DNA of 48,545 bases from Thermoanaerobaculia bacterium (GTDB lineage Bacteria > Acidobacteriota > Thermoanaerobaculia > Multivoradales > JAHEKO01), in contig CALZJC010000003.1 in the NCBI GenBank assembly GCA_945787525.1, forward strand, positions 4,950-53,494, read 5' to 3'. A program made the position numbers and the translations under genes. Below are positions 45,315 through 48,545 of this stretch, piece by piece (within the stretch, counting starts at the first letter, position 1; each line of letters opens with the position of its first letter). The notes beneath the pieces are model-generated. The model was not told where the DNA came from and did not search any database. It saw nothing but the letters and a program-made list of their open reading frames with translations.

Positions 45315-45487
45315 ACCGTGCTGCACCGCGTCGAGCGCCAAAGCCGGGCCGGCCTGGAGCGCGGGCGCTGACCCTCTGGCGGGGAGTCATCCTGTGCAGC
45401 GCCGAGTTCGCTGCGGGCGCGAAAGCTGCCCTTTGTCGGGTGTGCCGCTGGCCTCGCGACCGGGCCTCCCTCGAGGCGTGCTGCGCG

Positions 45488-45964
45488 TCAGTCTCCCGGC
45501 CCGATCATCTCGTACTCGAGCCGCTGGATCAGGTCGGTCTCGGCCACCTCGTGCTCGTGCAGGCAGTCGAGGATCCGTGCGATGCGTCGGCGCAGGCCGG
45601 CGTCGGCGGGCTCGATGCCGTCGGAGTACTCCATCGCCGCGGTCGAGCAGCGGCGCATGTCCCTGAGGATCTCCACGTGATCGTGGACCAGACCCTCGAC
45701 CGCCCCGGTGGCGCGGGGATGCGCTTCGGTCAGCTCCTCCATCATGCCGCCCTCTTCCTCTTCGCGGAAATGGCGGAACAGGGCATCGTGCAGCCGCACC
45801 AGGCGACGGGTGATCTCGGTCGACCAGGCGTGGGCGCCCTTCCGGCCCACTTCGGGCCGTGGCGCCTCCAGGAACCGGCGAAGATCGGCGACCATCGCGT
45901 TGAGCTGGCGGTGCTCTTCCAGCACCGTCTCGATCCACTCGTGGGTGGTCGTCGTCTCAGGCAT
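45488..45964 (-). CDS. Hemerythrin-like (HHE cation-binding) domain protein
   Basis: ATG 45964. His/Glu ligand pattern: EEHRQL, LHDALFRHFREEE, VHDHVEIL, LHEHEVAE. Confidence 0.7.
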   Translation of the reverse strand: MPETTTTHEWIETVLEEHRQLNAMVADLRRFLEAPRPEVGRKGAHAWSTEITRRLVRLHDALFRHFREEEEGGMMEELTEAHPRATGAVEGLVHDHVEILRDMRRCSTAAMEYSDGIEPADAGLRRRIARILDCLHEHEVAETDLIQRLEYEMIGPGD

Positions 45965-46133
45965 CTGCAGAAGCTCCTTTCGCAAGCCACGCGGCGGCGG
46001 CTTTGGGTGTCTCGAGCCGCACGCTGTTGCTGCCACAAACCGGGCAGCTGCGCTCGACTACCTGTTTCTTGTCGTACTCCAAAGGGAAGCGGCCCTGGCA
46101 GCGCAGGCAGTAGAACGTCTTGGTCTCGGCCAT
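45957..46133 (-). CDS. 58-aa zinc-ribbon protein (not in ORF track)
   Basis: ATG 46133 lies 7 nt after GGAGG. Sequence: MAETKTFYCLRCQGRFPLEYDKKQVVERSCPVCGSNSVRLE.... The stop overlaps the hemerythrin start by 8 nt. Confidence 0.55.
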   Translation of the reverse strand: MAETKTFYCLRCQGRFPLEYDKKQVVERSCPVCGSNSVRLETPKAAAAWLAKGASADA

Positions 46134-46148
46134 CGTCTACCTCCGCTC

Positions 46149-48545
46149 TCAGTGGGTCACCACCGGCAGAACCGGCTCGGCGGCGGCCATCGTCGGGGCG
46201 AGGACCGGAGCCGCTCCCAACTCCTTCTCCTCGAGGATCTTCATGGTCTTGGCGACCTCCTGCGGCGTGACCTCGCGCAGCAGTTTGTCGACCTCGCGCA
46301 TGACGCGGGCGAACTTCTGGCCCTCGGCGGCGCTGATCCACTCGAGCTGCAGCCGTTCCGGCCGGATGCCGAGCTTCTCCATCTGGGACCAGACCTTCTC
46401 CACCCGCCGCTGGGTCCAGGTCACGGCGTCGATGTAGTGGCAGTCGGAGAAGTGGCAGCCGGAGACCAGCACCAGCGGCGCTCCCTGGCGGAAGGCGCGC
46501 CAGATGAACCGCTGGTCGACGCGGCCGCTGCACATGGTGCGGATCAGCCGCACCGTTGGCGGGTACTGGAGCCGCGACGTGCCAGCGGTGTCGCCGCCGG
46601 CGTACGAGCACCAGTTGCAGGCGAACGCGACGACCTTCTCCATCGGCTTGTCGGCCAGGATGGCGTCGATCTGCGACACCACCTGCTGGTCCTCGAAGTG
46701 ACGCATGGTGATGGCGTCGAACGGGCACTCTGCGGCGCAGGTGCCGCAGCCGGCGCAGGCGGCCTCGATAAAGAACGGGTCCTGCTTGAGCTTTTTGTTC
46801 GCCTCCTCGATGGCGTTGAAGGGGCAGACCTGCGCGCAGATCTTGCACTGGGCGCAGAGCTCGGGGTTGAGCACTGCGGTGATCGCCTCGATCTTCACCT
46901 CGCCGGCACCCAGCAGGTTGCCGGCGCGGGAAGCGGCGGCGCCGGCCTGGGTGACGCTGTCCTTGACGTCCTTTGGCGCCTCGACGCAGCCGGCGAAGTA
47001 GACGCCGCGGGTCGGCGCGTCCACCGGCTTCAACTTCGGGTGCGCCTCCATGACAAAGCCGTCGGAGGTGTGGGACAGGCTGAGGATCTCGTCGATGGAG
47101 CGCTGGCCGGGCCTGCCGTTGCCGTTGCTGTTGCGCGGCACCAGGCCGACCGCCAGAACCACCATGTCCAGGCGGTGCTCGGCGATCTCGCCGCGCAAAG
47201 TGTCCTCGACGCGGACCACCAGCTCGCCGGTCTCGGCGTCCTGCTCGACTGCACCCGGCAGGCCGCGCACGAAACGCACGCCCTCCTCCCGGCTGCGGCT
47301 GTAGAGATCTTCGAAGCCTTTGCCGAAGGCGCGAATGTCCTGGTGGAAGACCGTCGATCGGCTGTCGGGGTAGTGCTCGGCCAGGAGCAGGGTCTCCTTG
47401 ATCGTGTTCATACAGCAGAAGTTGGAGCAGTAGGGCACGCCGCGGTTGGGCGAGCGCGAGCCGACGCACTGGATGAAGCCGATGCGCTTGGGCACCTCGC
47501 GGTCCGAGGGCCGCACCAGCTCACCCTCGGTGGGCCCGCCGGCGTTGATCAGGCGCTCGAACTCCATCGAGGTGATGACGTCGGGGAAGCGGCAGTAGCC
47601 GTACTCGTCGGTGGCGCGAGGGTCGTAGACGTCCATGCCCGTGGCGACCACGACGCTGCCGATCTCGAGGTCGCGCACCTCGTCGCAGGCGTCGTAGTCG
47701 ATGCACTTCTTGTCGCATACTTCGCGGCACTTGCCGCAGGCGATCGGGTTGAAGCCGAGACAGTTGTCCGAGTCCAGCGTGTAGGTCGCCGGTACCGCCT
47801 GCGGAAACGGCATGTAGATCGCCTTGCGGGTGGCGAGGCCCTCTTGATACTCGTCCGGCAGGGCTACCGGACAGACATCGACGCAGTCACCACAGGCGGT
47901 GCATTCGACCGGGTCGACGTGCTGCGCGCGCCGCCGTATGCGGGCGCGGTAGTTCCCCACGAAGCCGGTGATGTCTTCGACTTCGGAGTTGACCAGGAGC
48001 TCAATGCGGGGATGCCGACCGGCATCCATCATTTTGGGGCCGAGAATTCATATAGAGCAATCCATAGTCGGGAACGTCTTGTCCAACGCCGCCATGATCC
48101 CGCCTATGGATGGCTCCTTTTCGACCAGATAGACCTGATGCCCGCCGTCGGCCAGCTCCAGGGCCGACTGGATCCCGGCCACGCCGCCGCCGATGACCAG
48201 CGCGGCGTCGGTGACCGGGAAGACCTTCTCATCCTGCGGCCGCAGCCGGCGCGCCCGAGCCACGGCGCTGGCCACAAGGTCCTTGGCCTTGCTGGTGGCC
48301 GCCTCCTTGTCGTGCATGTGCACCCAGCTGCAGTGTTCGCGGATGTTGGCCATCTCCATCAGATACTGATTGAGGCCGGCCTCCTCGACGCAGGCGCGAA
48401 AAGTCGGCTCGTGCAGCTTGGGCGAGCACGATGCCACCACCACCCGGTTGAGCTGGTGCTCGGTGATGGCCCGCTTGATCTCGTTCTGGCCCGGGTCGGC
48501 GCAGGTGTAGCGGTTGCGCACCACGGCCGCCACGTCGGGCAGCTC
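46149..48545 (-). CDS. hdrA: Heterodisulfide reductase subunit A-like flavoprotein fused to an MvhD domain; in-frame TGA (48050..48048) at the known HdrA Sec/Cys site; 5' end outside the window
   Basis: Colinear with canonical HdrA: YTCADPGQ..., [71 protein letters not shown], ferredoxin CxxCxxCxxxCP pairs. C-terminal MvhD region: [14 protein letters not shown]...[11 protein letters not shown]...GCHFSDCHY. Track ORFs 48048..48533 and 46149..48032 share a frame. Confidence 0.85.
48010..48027 (-). other. SECIS-like hairpin downstream of the hdrA TGA
   Basis: The minus strand reads GGAUGCC-GGUC-GGCAUCC, a 7-bp stem with a GGUC tetraloop starting 20 nt after the UGA. Confidence 0.55.

Noticed and set aside
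45742-47469. 575-aa minus-strand ORF overlapping hdrA and the hemerythrin gene
   Set aside because: It is an alternative frame of the same strand and is Arg/Gly/Pro-rich, whereas the hdrA frame carries the canonical FAD, Fe-S and MvhD motifs.
1-48545. CRISPR arrays, tRNA/rRNA genes, IS elements, integrases, prophage blocks
   Set aside because: I saw no regularly spaced direct repeats and no cloverleaf-like or rRNA-like segments in any intergenic region (the longest is 249 nt). No transposase or integrase motifs appear in any frame.

Overview
High-GC (by eye about 65-70%) chromosomal segment of a diderm bacterium, densely coding, with about 44 supportable genes. I found no rRNA, tRNA, CRISPR array, transposase or integrase. 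Many long ORFs in the six-frame track are Arg/Pro/Gly/Ala-rich antisense or off-frame artefacts of the GC content and were discarded.

Modules in order:
1. DUF1223 protein, then a minus-strand RND efflux operon whose outer-membrane factor carries an unusual N-terminal periplasmic-binding-protein-like domain (207-7749).
2. A plus-strand operon of a secreted LamG/DUF1080 + ChaN/EreA-like protein, a 432-aa unknown, a 64-aa Cys/His protein and peptide deformylase (7829-11906), followed by a PIN-toxin remnant.
3. A six-gene minus-strand operon for a Tat-exported type II DMSO-reductase-family molybdoenzyme of the periplasmic NXR (nitrite oxidoreductase-like) kind (12054-20527). It has a cytochrome-c-fused gamma subunit and two unassigned accessory ORFs, and its catalytic subunit is split by a 1-nt frameshift.
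4. SDR, a DUF3179 gene interrupted by an in-frame TGA at the family's conserved Cys (candidate selenoprotein), NUDIX, and a cytoplasmic PG-binding/lysozyme-like protein.
5. A TetR-controlled four-gene operon with a textbook promoter and two palindromic operators.
6. An RHH-protein module, a membrane PP2C phosphatase, a methyltransferase, MFS, DUF2891, PPi-type phosphofructokinase and a GT4 glycosyltransferase.
7. A sigma54-type promoter driving a type IV pilus minor-pilin operon (FimT/GspH-like, PilV, PilW, PilX, 1430-aa PilY1) that ends in a secreted acidic protein.
8. Ferredoxin, hemerythrin, a zinc ribbon, and a 5'-truncated HdrA-MvhD fusion with TGA at the known HdrA selenocysteine position plus a GGUC-loop hairpin.

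All family assignments rest on motifs read by eye and on recalled family signatures. No searches were run.
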